From Gekko japonicus (taxonomy: Eukaryota): DNA of 64,000 nt. This document shows, piece by piece, positions 12,532-25,244 of the stretch (within the stretch, counting starts at the first letter, position 1; every line of letters begins with the position of its first letter). Position numbers and translations under genes: made by a program. Where the stretch lies: the NCBI RefSeq assembly GCF_001447785.1, contig NW_015174844.1, forward strand, positions 408,525-472,524. Reading direction: 5' to 3'. The notes beneath the pieces were generated by a model. It ran no database searches. It was not told where the DNA came from and worked only from the letters and a program-made list of their open reading frames with translations.

Positions 12532-14312
12532 TCTTTCTTTCTTTTTAAACGTTTTAATTGCTTTTCTAAACTACACACACAAACAAACTAAAACTACGAG
12601 GAGCAAGAGATCGTTAATACAATTGTTTAAAGTAAGGACAATTCCCTATTGTCAAAGTAGTAATACATGAGAGTTAATACAATAGTTATATAAAAGATTG
12701 AGCGAGTGTTCACAAACAAATTTGGTTAGAGTGTATGCTTCTTAGTTCAGGATCATTGGTTCCTGATAATTATCAGGCCATTAGAGTTTCATTATTTTAC
12801 TTATTTCCTTCCTCTATGTTTCTTTTCAAACTCCTTTTTATTTTTAGGGGGCTTAGGAGCTGTAGCCCCTAGTTCTGCTTCAAAATCTAAGGATTCAGCC
12901 GACGAAGAGTTGGTAGAACTTTTCTCAGTTTTATCTTCTTCTTTTTCTGCATCCTTGTCATCCTCCAGTTTCTCAGGTCCATCTTTATCTTGTTGTTGGT
13001 GCTCAAGAATTTTTTTTGCTTTGAAGACAGAGTCAATTTTTTCTTTTTTGCTGTTGAATTTGAAAGTAAGCCCTTTCGGGGTTAACCATCTGTATGGGGT
13101 GTTGTGCTCCTGAAGAAACCATGCCAGGTCTCTGTACTGTCTTCTTCTTTTTCTGATCTCAAATGGAATGTCTTTTAAAATTTTAGTTTGTTCTCCTTGC
13201 ATTTTAAAAAAAAGGTCCATTTGTCACTTTCAGGATTAAGTCTCTTGTTGACCTTTTTGAGAATTTAACAAATATTTCCCCAGGCAGCTTATTTTTCTTT
13301 ATATATTCTGGGTATGTATGGTATACTATATCCATGTTGTTTTGTATTGCTTCTGTTGTTAAGCCTACCACGGGGGCCAGTTCTTTGCTTAAAATCTCTT
13401 TCAGGTTTTCACCTTTTTGCTCAGAAATGTTCTGAAATCTCAGGACATATGCTGATTTTTTCATTTGGAGACATAGCAATTGGTGATTCTCAGAGATGTT
13501 ATCCTTTTCCACCACCTCCAGTCTTCGTTCAACTTTTTTCAGCTTCTTATTTATCTTCTCTGTTTTTGCTGAAGTATCTTGAAGCTACTTGTGCATCAAA
13601 TCCATTTTCTGGTTGAGAGTGGTCATCTGGTCCACTAGAGGGCGCAGGGCTGCAGCAATCATTTTTGGGAAGTCTGTGGCTGGTTCCGGTTTGGTAACTG
13701 GAGATGATGAGCTGGCTGATCCTGTAAGTTTCACTTTCACCACCATTTTTTCTGCACACTGTGTCATTGTTTAAACTTAATAGGAAGTATTACAAAGTCT
13801 CTTAAAGCCTCTTAAGTCTGGAAAAATCGCTTTGTTGCTAATCTGCACCCCACTCCATCACCATTCACTCTTTTCAAGCCGCCCTTGCCTCCCACTTTCA
13901 CTCAGTCTGTTCGGGATGGGGATCCCCCCCCCAGCCGCTTGTTTGGGGCTTCAGGTCAGCTTTACTACCAGCAATCAAGTGGAGACTCGCTAAATCATAA
14001 GTTTGCTCCCATTCTTACTTGCGTTCATTACTGTGGTAGGGAAGATCAGTTCAGGAGGGTCTCTTGCGCGCTTGGTCCGGTATGCACCTCTAGGTACCAT
14101 TGCTGGCTCCGTGCTGCAAGGACCTATTGGGGCAAAAATCTGCCTCTATCCCTTGGCATTCCGCCTTGGGAGAGGCACCTCTCATGCCCCAGGCTGCAAC
14201 CCTCCTACAAAGGGTTGCGGGGGTCCAAGATCAACTCGGACCCCTCCCCATCGGCAATGATGGAGCAATGATGGAGCGCACCCACTTGCAAGTTGCCGAA
14301 ACCTGGAAGCTC
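12532..14312 (-). mobile_element. ORF1-only (half-L1/HAL1-like) retroposon, copy 2, nested in L1 ORF2
   Basis: Perfect 18-bp TSD ATTTGTCTATAATTTCTT at 12514-12531 and 14313-14330. Starts GAGCTTCCAGG; frameshifted ORF1 at ~13767-12801; ATTAAA plus (AAAG)n tail; 1781 bp, no ORF2. Confidence 0.92.
12801..13767 (-). pseudogene. Frameshifted L1-type ORF1
   Basis: Track ORFs 13585-13767, 13204-13515 and 12801-13220 are consecutive pieces: LRFQNISE..YIKKNKLPGEIFVKF..ILKDIPFEIRKRR..YRWLTPKG. Confidence 0.88.
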
Positions 14313-14736
14313 ATTTGTCTATAATTTCTTGTTAATGTTGGGTCTCATCCATCTTTGGGTATTAATGTTATATTGGCCTCTTTCCATGCCACCATGGCCT
14401 CCAGCATCTTTCCTCACTGTAAGACAGAATTTATTGTATTTTGTAAAGGTTGTAAAAGTTCATCCTCAAAGCAATATCCTTGCATGGCCTGAAGTAAAGT
14501 GCCTAAACTGAACCTTAAGACACTTCTATTAGCAGCCGGATTCTTCATACAGAGGACAGCACACAGCAAGCCCAAATCAAACAGTTTGCCTCAGGCAGCA
14601 GGATCCATGTGGCTGAAGCTTAGTCCAGACAAGACAGAGATGCCATTGATCAACAAAGCTGCTCCATGACTGCAGATTCAGCCTGTCCTATCAGAGGTTG
14701 CACTCTTCCTGATGGAGCAGGTTTTGTAGCTTGGGG

Positions 14737-14943
14737 CAGTGTTCCCTCTAAGCTGAGTTAGTGTGAGCTAGCTCACAGTTTTTTAGCCTCCAGCTCACAC
14801 ATTTTTTGTCTTAGCTCAGGAAGGATGGCTTCAGAGCAAACTAATTTATGCAGCAGCCAAATTGCTCGCTCACAACTTTAATGCCAGTAGCTCACCAAGT
14901 AGAATTTTTGTTCAGAAGACTCCAAAGCTTAGAGGGAGCATTG
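14737..14943 (+). mobile_element. hAT MITE, family A
   Basis: Same sequence and TIRs as 1859-2063; flanks CTTGGGG / CTTGGGGG. Confidence 0.9.
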
Positions 14944-14957
14944 CTTGGGGGATGCTG

Positions 14958-15290
14958 TAGGGTTGCCAAGTCTTCAGCACTCACCGGCGGGGGAGCGTTG
15001 ATCCGGTCCGGGAGGTGACGAGTGATGCATGCGCGCGCCACCAGAACGTCACAGGAAGTGACGCACGACGTAAAGCACGTTGGGGGCACGGCCCAGATCG
15101 TCGGGGGGAAACCATATGGTCCCCCCCAATGATCTGGGCCACGCCCCCAACGTGAGTGACGTGGCTGCGTCACCAGAGGTGACGCAGCTTTGGGGGGCGG
15201 AGTTCCCCCCGGGGGCCGGCTCCACCCCGGCGGAAATCGGGCCTCCAAAGCGGGGTTTTCCCCGCCCCCCGCCCCCACTTGGCAGCCCTA
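14958..15290. mobile_element. hAT MITE, family B (TAGGGTTGCCA TIR), CpG-rich, with an internal hairpin
   Basis: TAGGGTTGCCAAG...CTTGGCAGCCCTA; perfect 8-bp TSD GGATGCTG at 14950-14957 and 15291-15298. Confidence 0.92.
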
Positions 15291-15674
15291 GGATGCTGCC
15301 AGATTCCAGCTACAGTTACAGACTTAGATCTCCTCTGTGGCATGTAGTACCTTTATCAGCTTTGGCCAAACCTCGTAATCTAGCCGTAGTGTTCCATGTT
15401 CTGATCCTATTCAGGTTAGTCTATTATGATGTGTGCTCGATGGGGCTGGCCGCCTTTGGTAACAGTCTGGAATCTTCAGTTGGTAATTCTTACCTTTATA
15501 GCCATAAATGGCTTGAAGGAATACACCTACCAATATTGTCAAGTCCTCCAGTGAAGGTCTCCCTTACAAGCCTTGCTCTCTGTCCCCCTGCCTTAAGAGG
15601 TGAGGTGCGTGGTGACCAGAAACAGGGCTTTTTCAGTGGTGGCACTTTACCTGTGGAATACCATGAATACGTGA

Positions 15675-15862
15675 AGCTGCTTTATACTGAATCAGACCAT
15701 TAAGGTCAGTGTTGCCAACTCAGACTGCCACCAGCTCTCCAAGATTTCAGGCAGAGGTCTTTCATATCATGTACTTCCTGGTCGTTTTAAGTAGAGATAA
15801 CAGGATTTGAACCTGGGACCTTCTACATGCAAAACAGATACCCTACCACCGAGTAACAGCCT
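15675..15862 (-). mobile_element. tRNA-derived SINE
   Basis: Minus-strand B box GGTTCAAATCC at ~15803-15813; body similar to the decayed + strand copy at ~33975-34142. Confidence 0.7.
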
Positions 15863-16681
15863 TATCCTTGAGGATTACCTGGTGCATACCCTACTTTCTT
15901 TTAGGATTTTTTTTAAAAAAACCACTGTTAATCTTTATGGCTGCCATTATGTTTGTGTACATTTTAGCACTTAAAGTCCAAACAGAATTATTTCACCATT
16001 AAGAATTATTTTAAATGAACATAGGTTCCAAGCAGACAGTTCATTGTGATGTCATGAAGCTTATTAATCTTGTCTGTTAGGGGAGTGTAACAAACAGTGT
16101 GCCATGTCAGAGTCAAACTGTGTTGCTTGAGAGATCTGTGATTGTGTGATTGGATTTTACTTTAATGTTAAAAGTCAAGGGTCAAAACAGGCAGGAAGTT
16201 CTGAACCATTCATGCCATGTCCCATATGTTTTTGCCTGGGAATTAAGATAGCAGGGAGACTGTCTCACCAATCAAAGAAGCTTGTCTGATAGGCACATGA
16301 GAAAGGGCCTTTTTGGTGGCGGCCCCACAAGTATGGAACAACCTCCCCAGGGAGGTTACCTGGTCCCCTCACTGTCAGTTTTCAGGAGGTGGTTGAAGAC
16401 AGTTTATTTAGGACTGCATTTGACTAATTTAGTTTCTATTTATTTATCTAATTGAGATTTTAATTGTAGTATTTTAGGTTTTAAAACAAACAATTGTTGT
16501 TTTATTGATATGGTATACTGCCTTGAATTCTGCAAGTTAAAAAGGTGGCTAATAAATGTTTTAGATAAATATATAGATAGGTTGCCAAATCACCAGGAGA
16601 AAAATGCCTTGCCCTGTAATAGTGGGTTAAGGGGATGTTATTTACCATGTGGCAGTTGAAGACAGTTTTATTTAGGACTGC

Positions 16682-17592
16682 TGTGATGGAATGCATTTTT
16701 AAAAGTTTAAAAGTGCTATGTAAACAAGTAAAGAACTGTGAAGGGTTAATTCCTTACAGAGCCAGAGAGCCTTGAGTAAAAGGCTGCTCCAAGAGATCTG
16801 ATTGGATAGGTTAACATCTGTTGAGCAGAGAAAGACGTCTGAACTGGATGCTGAAGAGAATACATTCTGAATTCAGCCCTGACAGAGAGTAGTTTAACAC
16901 AGATGGAGTACTGGGGGAGGCTGGCAAGAGGAGTGGGTAGTTAGAAGAAGACTCCCATCCAGGTCAGAAAAGAAGATACATCTTCTAGAGAAAGTTACCC
17001 AGTTAAAACATTTAGATAGCTATGAAGAGTGGAGAGATCCCTGGTCTGGTGTGGTTAGAGACTGCCTTCTGTAATCTTAACAGTCAATTAAAACTCAAGA
17101 AGAGTACTGGTGTGTTTAGAGAAGGGGTTTGGGTACTGGATAGAGTGTCCCAACCTTCTGGAAACCAAAAGAGTAAGTGAATACTCAATGAAAGTGTATT
17201 GGAATGTTTGGGAAACATTCTGAATCCTAAATCACGGGCAAAAGCTTATGAAACTCTCAATAGCCTGAAACATATGAACAAAAGTCTGTGCATATACTGA
17301 TTTAGTTCAGAGTTTCCAGAAATTTTACCCCTGATTTCACGTGCCCTTTCCCCTCTATGTTGAATAAAATATTTTGTTAATTTGGAATTTTAAAAGTCTA
17401 AAATGCCATTTAAGTTTAAGTTAAAGGGGGCTCCTGTTCCTTCCCTCAGGTTCCTGGGCTGAGCCAACAGCCAAAATATCATACTGTGACAGGGTGGGGC
17501 AGCCAGAGTTCTTCAGAAAAGAAGAAAACCTAGGCTGGCTCAGTCAGAGGGGGGCGGGGAATCTTGCCTCTGAGGGAGGAAAGTAGAAATGG
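16682..17592 (+). mobile_element. Probable LTR (16682-17491) plus a short internal stub
   Basis: TGT...ACA ends; AATAAA at 17363; followed by PBS-like GGGTGGGGCAGC. It interrupts an L2-type 3' end (GGACTGC|ATTTGACT) that is intact in the neighbouring copy at 16393-16430. Confidence 0.55.
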
Positions 17593-20500
17593 GATGCATT
17601 TGACTGATATAATTTTTATTTCTTGGCCATCCTAATTGAAGTGTTTAAACTGTGATTTTTATAGGTTTTTATAATTGTTGTTTTAATTATATTGTTTTTA
17701 TTGAGCTTTTAATAATCATTTTATATATGCTGTAAGCCACCTTGAGTTCTGCAAGGGGAAAGGTGGCTAATAAATGTTATAAATAAATAAATAAATGTCA
17801 TTTCCACAATAGAAATCAACTCCTGCCTAAGTTTTCTTGGTAACCATATGAAACTCTTTCACCTAAGATGATCACTAATACTAGCAAAGCCCAAAACAAG
17901 CTTTTAACTGTTTTATACATTTTCTACTTTCTCGTTTTATCAGATGTCATTGAAATATGCAAGAATTATGGACATCTATCAGCAATGAGATTCCCCCCCA
18001 AAGAACTCTAAGATTCCTTCTCCCTTTGCTTTCTGACTTTAAGAATTCCCATGCATTTACCTGTACTGAAGGATGAATGCAGTTTCTAGAATATCTCAGA
18101 GGAACAGCAATTGGTAGGCAATAACAATAAAACAACTTTTTTAAACTTTGTTTAAACAGCCTATATCTATTCAGTGAACAATTGGACCAATACACAGCCC
18201 ATCCCATGCATCTTTACTTGTATTTATGATTAGAGCCTTAGGTGCTTTCAAACCTGTGCTTATTCACTTGTGGTTTATGAACATTTTTTTCTGATGATAT
18301 CTGAATAATTTTCATGAGTAATGACGTCTTCATGAAAGAATTATTTGCAGGTGTATTGCTGCTAAGAAGCAGTTTGATTGATACAGTGATTACACTGAGA
18401 TGTTTCTCTATAAACTTCCTCATTAAACAGATACAAATATGTGGACCAGCTGCACCCAGCCCACTCTCAATATTTCTAATTCTTAACATGGCCAGATCTG
18501 TAGATATTTAAATTCAAAGTTTGGAGTGATGACCAACCAAGACAGAGCTTTCTACAAAGCTGAAAAAATGTCCCAGGTGTGCGGAAAAATCTTAAATCTA
18601 TTTTTAATGGGGGGTTATATACCCCAAAATAACAGAAGCAGTACCTGTAGCTTTAAGAAACATGTCCTCAGTGGCCATTGCTAGGCAACTACAAAGTGTT
18701 GACAGGGAGTTCACTGACAAGAAGGCTGAAGAGGGGACAGCATAGGCAATTGACTGAAAAAGAGGAGAATGAGGACTGTTGAAAAGGGCAGAGAAGATAG
18801 AAAACTGAAGCAAGAATGGGCTAATCAGAGAAATGAGAGAAATTTTATAATTTCTTGTATCTCAGTAGGGAAGGAAAGAAAAGTGTATAGAAAGCAGTTT
18901 GAGAGACTTGCTGGCTCAAAAAGGAGATGAAAAAATGGGCAGGGGCCTGAGGATACTTAGAGAACAATCCTAAGGAGGTGTGGCCAGATCTATTCAGTTA
19001 GGTTTATTCCTAGAACAATATTCTTAGGATTGCAATATAATGGAGATATGGAACTGATTTTTTTAAATTCCTCTTCTGCAATTCTTTTGAAAGTGAACAG
19101 GGAGGTATTGAATTTGGCTCTGCTTCTGGCAGCAGTCATTTTGAGTTTGGCTCCACCTCTTGTAACAGCTATGTTGGGGTGGTGCTCACCACTCCTATCA
19201 AAATTCTAAAGGTGCCTGCAGGCACAAAAAGGTTGGAGACCCTGCTCTAGTAAATTCCTGCTTAGCATTCCATCCATTCATTAGGTGGCAACATGTTACA
19301 GGACCCTTTCCATGGTGGTATCAAGGTTTTAGAATCCCTTCCCCCAAATGGTTTGATTAAAAAGTTCATTGGTGACCTTTATAAAAGGTATCAAGGACTT
19401 GTTTTGTCTGAATTAAGTTTGATCTGCTGTCTTTGGATTGTTCTGTGCTTTTTTGTCTTTTTTTAAAACAACCTTACTAGCCATTTTAATGGATTATTAT
19501 GTTGTGTTGTCTCAGTGCTTTAGTATGGTTATTTTAGTGTTTTGTAAACCACTTAGGAAGTGTGTCATACTGTAAAAAGGTTTGTGTGGGGGTGTAAATA
19601 TTTTGAAATATTTTTTCCAAACATTTGTACAATTAGATCAGTTCTTTGTTATACTTGGTTCCAGAAGATATGGACAGCTTTGCAGTTCCAGATACATGTG
19701 GGTCAAGATAGTAGTAGGTTCTCCACATCTCTAGCAATTAAATTTGTGAAAGAACTTGACCATTATATTTTTCTATATGAGCCTATAAGTATTAAAGTAA
19801 CTATAGAACTGAGGGTCTGTTTCCACAGTATGATTTAATGTAGTGCTTTCCTTATATGACAGTGTAAAGGAATGGTAGTTTTGGAAGCAATGGAAGTCTC
19901 TCGGAAACATTGTCAAATGGGACTTTGTCATGACTAACTTCTGTTTGATTGTGCTGACTTAATGGAAAAGCCATGTGGGTCATTCCATTATATGAAAACA
20001 CATGCAACTATAATGTGAGAATAACAAAGCACACAATTCACTCAAAGAGAAGATCCAGCAATAAAGAGACTCAACAGTGGTTAAGCTCCCAGAATTTTCT
20101 TCTGAACCACATATATGTGCTAGCATTTTTACATTACCTTTCTTAAGATTTTCAAATATGGCAATAATTTATAACAATGTTACCACATATTTAAATTTTA
20201 ATATGTAATAAGGTTTTGAGTTGAGACCAATCCTACATGAAACTGTAAATTAAATTGTTATGGTGCAATCTGGAGCCATTTATATCAATAGAAGTTTTGC
20301 TTTTGTGTTGTAATTTTGTAGGCTGCTTGTGTTGATTTCAAAAGAATACAGAAAGGATTCTTAAAAATTTTATGGAAAAGAACTGAGAGCTTTCTGCTTT
20401 AAATCTAGTTAATGTTTTGTTGGCAGAGTTCCCCCATCTGGAAACTCAGTATTGTTTCTGGACAGAGATGATTAATACCTGATCCAACTTGGAAATGCCC

Positions 20501-20843
20501 AAGTAAAATCAATGAGGTTTAGTTCCAAACCATGGTAGAAGCTAAGAACCATAAGTGAAGCTCCAGTCATAGAAAAATCTTTCCTCCAACCCCTCCCTGA
20601 AGCATTCCCCTGAAAAGATACTACTTAGGATTCAAGGATACTCAGGAATAACATGAGATACTGTGTGGTAAGAAATTGAAACTTGAGGTGGGTATCTATG
20701 GAAATCACATATCTTGTATCTGCAAAAGTATATTGTGGTTGCAAAAAAGAAACAGGAGCTGGATCCAACCCCATATATTTAAGATCAGGTTGCAATGTGT
20801 TTTGAGATAATCTAATTCTCAAGAAACCAATCATACTTTGAAA

Positions 20844-21062
20844 TAGGATTGCCAGCCTCCAGGTGGGACCTGGAGATCTCTCACTTTTACAACTGATCTC
20901 CAGCTGACAGAGATCAGTTTCCCTGGAGAAAATGAATACTTTGAAGGATTGACTCTATGGCATTGTACCAAGCTGAGGCCCCTCCCCTCCCAAAACCCCA
21001 CCTTTTCTTGGATCCACCCCCAAAGTCTCCAGGTATTTTCCAACCCAAACCTGGCAACCCTA
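20844..21062. mobile_element. hAT MITE (TAGGGTTGCCA-type TIR)
   Basis: TAGGATTGCCAG...CTGGCAACCCTA; perfect 8-bp TSD CTTTGAAA at 20836-20843 and 21063-21070. Confidence 0.92.
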
Positions 21063-22924
21063 CTTTGAAATAGCATATTAAGGGTTACCCCTGAAGTATC
21101 AGTGACACAGTATGTTTGAGCCTGCCAGATAAAACCTCTGCTTCTTCAGCCTGCACTGCTGTTACTCTGTGTATTGTTCAGGAACCATGAGTTAGACTTT
21201 TTGTATTTGAACTGAAACAAACAGCACCTTCTTACTTTATGAATAATATTTGCAGTGTTGAAATCCTTAGTAAACTTCATAAGATCCATATTTGGCCCCT
21301 CAGAGAACTTTTGGATATTTACTGCTTTTATCTCGCTTGTTTGGCCATATTGTCTGGTAAATGCCTGTGGTAACCTTGCTTGCAAAATCATAGAGGTCCT
21401 TTGTTTCTGCAGTAAAGCTAGTTGGATAAGCTATACATGGCAGCTGTTAACTTTACTAAGAATGCTATTAACCATGAACATTCTGTCCAGACCATGGCTA
21501 TACCCACCTCTTTTTCAAACTTCTGGGAAATTGACCACTTGTAAAACTTGGGATATTAACTACTCTTTATCTGCAAAAGCTCTCTCCCTCTCTCCCTCCC
21601 TTTAAGTTAGTAACTACAGATCTCATTTTTCCTGTCTCCAGAGCAGCTGTGTGTAATTCATAGCAACAGCTTTTAAAAACTAGAGAAATAGTAGACCTTC
21701 TAACTATGGAAGAAATCTGCAAAATGTTTAAAAGAATGCAGCCATGCAGGTCACATGGAATGTTAAGCAGAAACTGTGTACCACATTCCCTCAAGCCTTT
21801 TGAAATTTCTCTCCCATAACAATCATTTTTATATTATTTAAAACATCTCATGTTAAAGTAAAAATTCCATATCACTTTTGAATCTTAATGGCACAGATAG
21901 GACAAAATGTTCCTCTCAGTGGGTGATACTGAAGAATACTGGAAAATAATGAAGCATTTTGATGCTGGTACAGAAAAAGGAAAGTAAGGAAAATGAAAAA
22001 TATAATTAAGCTGAGCTCAGTTTAGAAAAGTTATTGGTTTCCTTCTGGAATTAACAAAACCAGAAGGAGGAATTTCAAAGGGGGAGGCAGCTGAAATCCT
22101 TTACCACAGAATTGCTATGCTTTACCATTTCCCCAGAGTTGCATGCAGTCAAATTGGTAATTTTCTGCCACCTATTTAGTTTTTTAAAAGTCAAGGCATT
22201 CTTTAAAGTGCAAGATGCCACTCACATCAAACTGCTATAATTTTCCAAAGGCTTTATAAAATTCCAGGCATACTTTTAGTCTAACAGGAGTAAATCTTTT
22301 GCAACTATTATCATTTGTGTCAGTCACTGAAGAAAATTGACAAATCAGTAAAGTTCAAGTCCAGCTGCACACTGCTAAGGACCTAATTTAATCTTAAGTC
22401 TGGCATTTCTCGTCCTGTTTGGAATGTGAAATATGGATTGACCATGATCACCCACTAATGGATGCTTTTGAAAGAGAACTCTTTTAAGGCCAAAGAGAGG
22501 AACAACAAATTCACAGTCTTTAGTCATGTGAAAAATCTACTATTTTCTCAAGCAACTAGAAAAACAAAGAAAGAGCGCCACAACCTGACTTTGTATTATC
22601 AGTATATTACGAAGTTGAGAGTGATACAGCTGGAGTTTTCTCTTAAGCTGATGTTTTGACAAACCATCTAATCCCCCCCCCTTGGTTATTTTATCATTTT
22701 GCTTTCTTTCTAATACCAGATTCAAACTAGAAAGTAAAATAGTAAGCAGTTAGTATGGATGATATAGTGCTTTAAATTTTTTAAACATTAAAATGTTGGC
22801 TGTTTGTACTGTGGCCACAGTTAATATAACTAGGATAAGCTTCAGAAGTATCATACGATGTTAACCATCTCCTGCGCTTTGATTTCATCTCTGTTTCTAA
22901 AGGCTAGGTGTGCTTCTTTTTAGG

Positions 22925-23030
22925 CTGAGAGTGCTGTGACTTACCGAAGATCACAAGTGGGGAATCTAACCCGGTTCTCCATCTTAGAGTCCAGCACTCT
23001 TAACCACTACAGCAAACTGGCTCTCTTGAA
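22925..23030 (-). mobile_element. tRNA head of a Squam3-like SINE
   Basis: Reverse complement reads AGAGAGCCAGTTTGCTGTAGTGGTTAAGAGTGCTGGACTCTAA..GGTTAGATTCCCC (A and B boxes). Confidence 0.7.
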
Positions 23031-23589
23031 TCCAAATGATTACCTTTTATCATGCAGAACTCCCAATAAGTATATAATTACTTAAGCAGGAGAATTGGAG
23101 AAACCAGCCGTCTAGTTTTTTGTTTTTAAAAACGACTTCCCAGTATCGAAAACCTGCCGCAAATGTCCACACCTAGAACACATACACAAACTCCAGGTTA
23201 TGAAGTCTCTGCTTGCAGATGAGGCTAGAGTCAATATGTGAACTATATAGGCCTGGCTTTGAAGGAAGGCAATGTGTTGACTTGCCTCAGATTTCTCCCT
23301 CTCATTGTCAAGCTATTTGGACCTCAATGACCGTCTTTTCTGTGGAGGATGAAAATATTGGGAACTGTTGCCATTTCAACAGTGGAAGTGGATCATGTGA
23401 TTTTTGCACAAGTGTTTTCACACATACTTTCCTATTCACAGCTCCTATGATCAGATGATCTTGAGCAATGACTGAAAGTATAATCAATTATTTATTAAAG
23501 GAAAATATTCTAGACAGAAATTTGGTGACCAAGTAGGTTGGTCTAGCATCAGATAGGAAATATTATCCCAATGAAGTTGATTAAACAAA

Positions 23590-23897
23590 GAATGTGTTAA
23601 AAGCAGTGTGATTCAACGATTCCTAAAAATGGTAGAAAAACTACATTCCTATTAATCTGGGAGAACTGGGTTTGATTCCCCACTCCTCCACTTGCACCTG
23701 GCTGGATGACCTTGTGCAAGCCATAATTCTGGCACAGCCGTTCTTGAAAAAGAGCAGTTTCTGTCAGAGTTCTCTCAGCCCCACCTACCTCACAGAGTGT
23801 CTGTTGTGGGGAGGGGAAGGGAAAGGAGTTTGTAAACCGCTCTGAGACTCCTTTGGGTAGTGAAGGGCAGGGTATAAATCCAATATCTTCTTCTTCT
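23590..23897 (+). mobile_element. Squam3-like tRNA SINE with (CTT)n tail
   Basis: B box GGTTTGATTCC; body CCTACCTCACAG.GTGTCTGTTGTGGGG; tail GGGTATAAATCCAATATCTTCTTCTTC. Confidence 0.82.
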
Positions 23898-24399
23898 CTA
23901 AGAAAGAACAGCAGACCTTCAGCTTCCAAAGCAAAAATCATCCTTAGCCTTAGCTTGAAAGTTCTGAGCCATTCTCTGGCTTCCAATGACTTGGGGTCGA
24001 GTTCAGCTCTGAGGGATACAACTGAGATGCAACAGGGAGTTCTGAATTCACCAAAAGCCAGACAGCAGCACCATATAGTAATTGGAGTATTAGTTTGGAG
24101 CTGAACACTTGAATTGTACTGGGGATATATCTTTATTCTCCTGTAAAGAAGAATTGAGATATTACTCCAGAAGCAGGCTTAATCTTATTCAGAGCAAATT
24201 TACACTGGTGAGACCAAAAGAGATTTGAAGAAAAAACAATCCCCAGGTAGCAGAAATTCTTGACTTGTTCTATGTCTGAGTTTGCTGTAGTCCATTTGGA
24301 AAGACCCAGGTTGCCATTTTTAGAAAAAAATCAAGATTTTAGTTATAATTTACTTGCAACTCCTCATTTAGGCAATAGTTTGAGAAACATCTCAGGAGT

Positions 24400-25240
24400 T
24401 TCTTCAGGCCAATCTTGGTGCAGGAGATAAGAACTGAATCATCAGCATACAGGAGCAAGGGGTATTTCTTTTGAAGCTAATCTGAGGGCATGAAACTCTA
24501 GAGAAGAAAGACTTGACATCAGGTCATTTAGATATAAACTAAAAAGAAGGGGAGCAAGCAGACAACCTCGCCTCACTCCCTATCAATAATGAAATCCTCT
24601 GAAAGTTGTCCCTCACCACCACAATGAACCTAGGCCGTAGTACTGGTGTATAGGATCTTGATTAGCCATAGTAGTCTTTCATCAATGGATAGACCCACCA
24701 GTTTCTCCCACAACTTGCTTCAGCTGACTGAATTGAATGCTCCCTTAAAATCCATAATGGTGACGTAAGCTTCCCACCAGGACTAGGTGTATATTTTTCT
24801 GCTAGATGGAAAATTGATCAATAGTGGTAAAGCCTCTCCTAAAGCCAATTTATTTCCAGCCCAGGATTTTATTGGTCTCTGTATTCTTCCCTTTTGCATC
24901 AAGAATTAATGGAATGGATCGAGACCAATAAAATCTTCGGCTGGGAATAAATTGGCTTTAGGAGAGGCTTTTCCACTATCTTTGATGCAAAAGGGAAGAA
25001 TACAATTTCCCAACAGATGATAGGAAGCTAATTGGCTGATAGTCTTGATCTGGCCAACTATTGCCCTTTTTGATAACTGGAACAATTATAGAATGCTTCC
25101 ATACTGGGGGGATTTCTCCCATCTGATTTACCTGAGAACAGGTGCTAGAATTCTTACCCACTACAATGGATTTAATTTAAGAAGCTCAAATGGGACTTTA
25201 TCTGGGCCTAGGGCCTTGCCAGATCTCATTTGATGGATCT
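24400..25240 (-). mobile_element. Decayed RT fragment of an RTE-X-like LINE, containing an internal inversion
   Basis: WKHSIIVPVIKKG..YQPISFLSSVGKLY, GVRRGCLLAP and LLYADD motifs; same type as 26537-28154. Confidence 0.75.
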
Positions 25241-25244
25241 TAGG

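Larger units (their letters stand above)
8127..14475 (-). mobile_element. 5'-truncated L1-clade LINE (ORF2 RT to C-terminus), in pieces 14475-14313, 12531-10376 and probably 8183-8127, carrying nested insertions
   Basis: Minus-strand WKEANITLIPK..NYRQISLLNNDYK, AEKAFD, RQGCLLSPLLF, SADD and C..C..GTFYHMWWTC-type motifs with many stops. Poly(A) signal and tail at 8127-8148; 34-bp direct repeat at 8085-8118 and 14471-14504. Confidence 0.85.
14530..15660 (+). mobile_element. Old L2-like LINE fragments interrupted by two MITEs
   Basis: LNPDKTE-like (AGTCCAGACAAGACAGAG), LDYCNA-like and RAFSVVAP-like remnants; heavily decayed. Confidence 0.55.

Noticed and set aside
17943-18511. Plus-strand exon candidates after strong acceptors (17943, 18350, 62040)
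   Set aside because: Early stops or no matching donor, and no recognisable protein.
22960-23030. tRNA genes (also ~15800 and ~23670)
   Set aside because: A/B boxes without a full cloverleaf, joined to SINE bodies.
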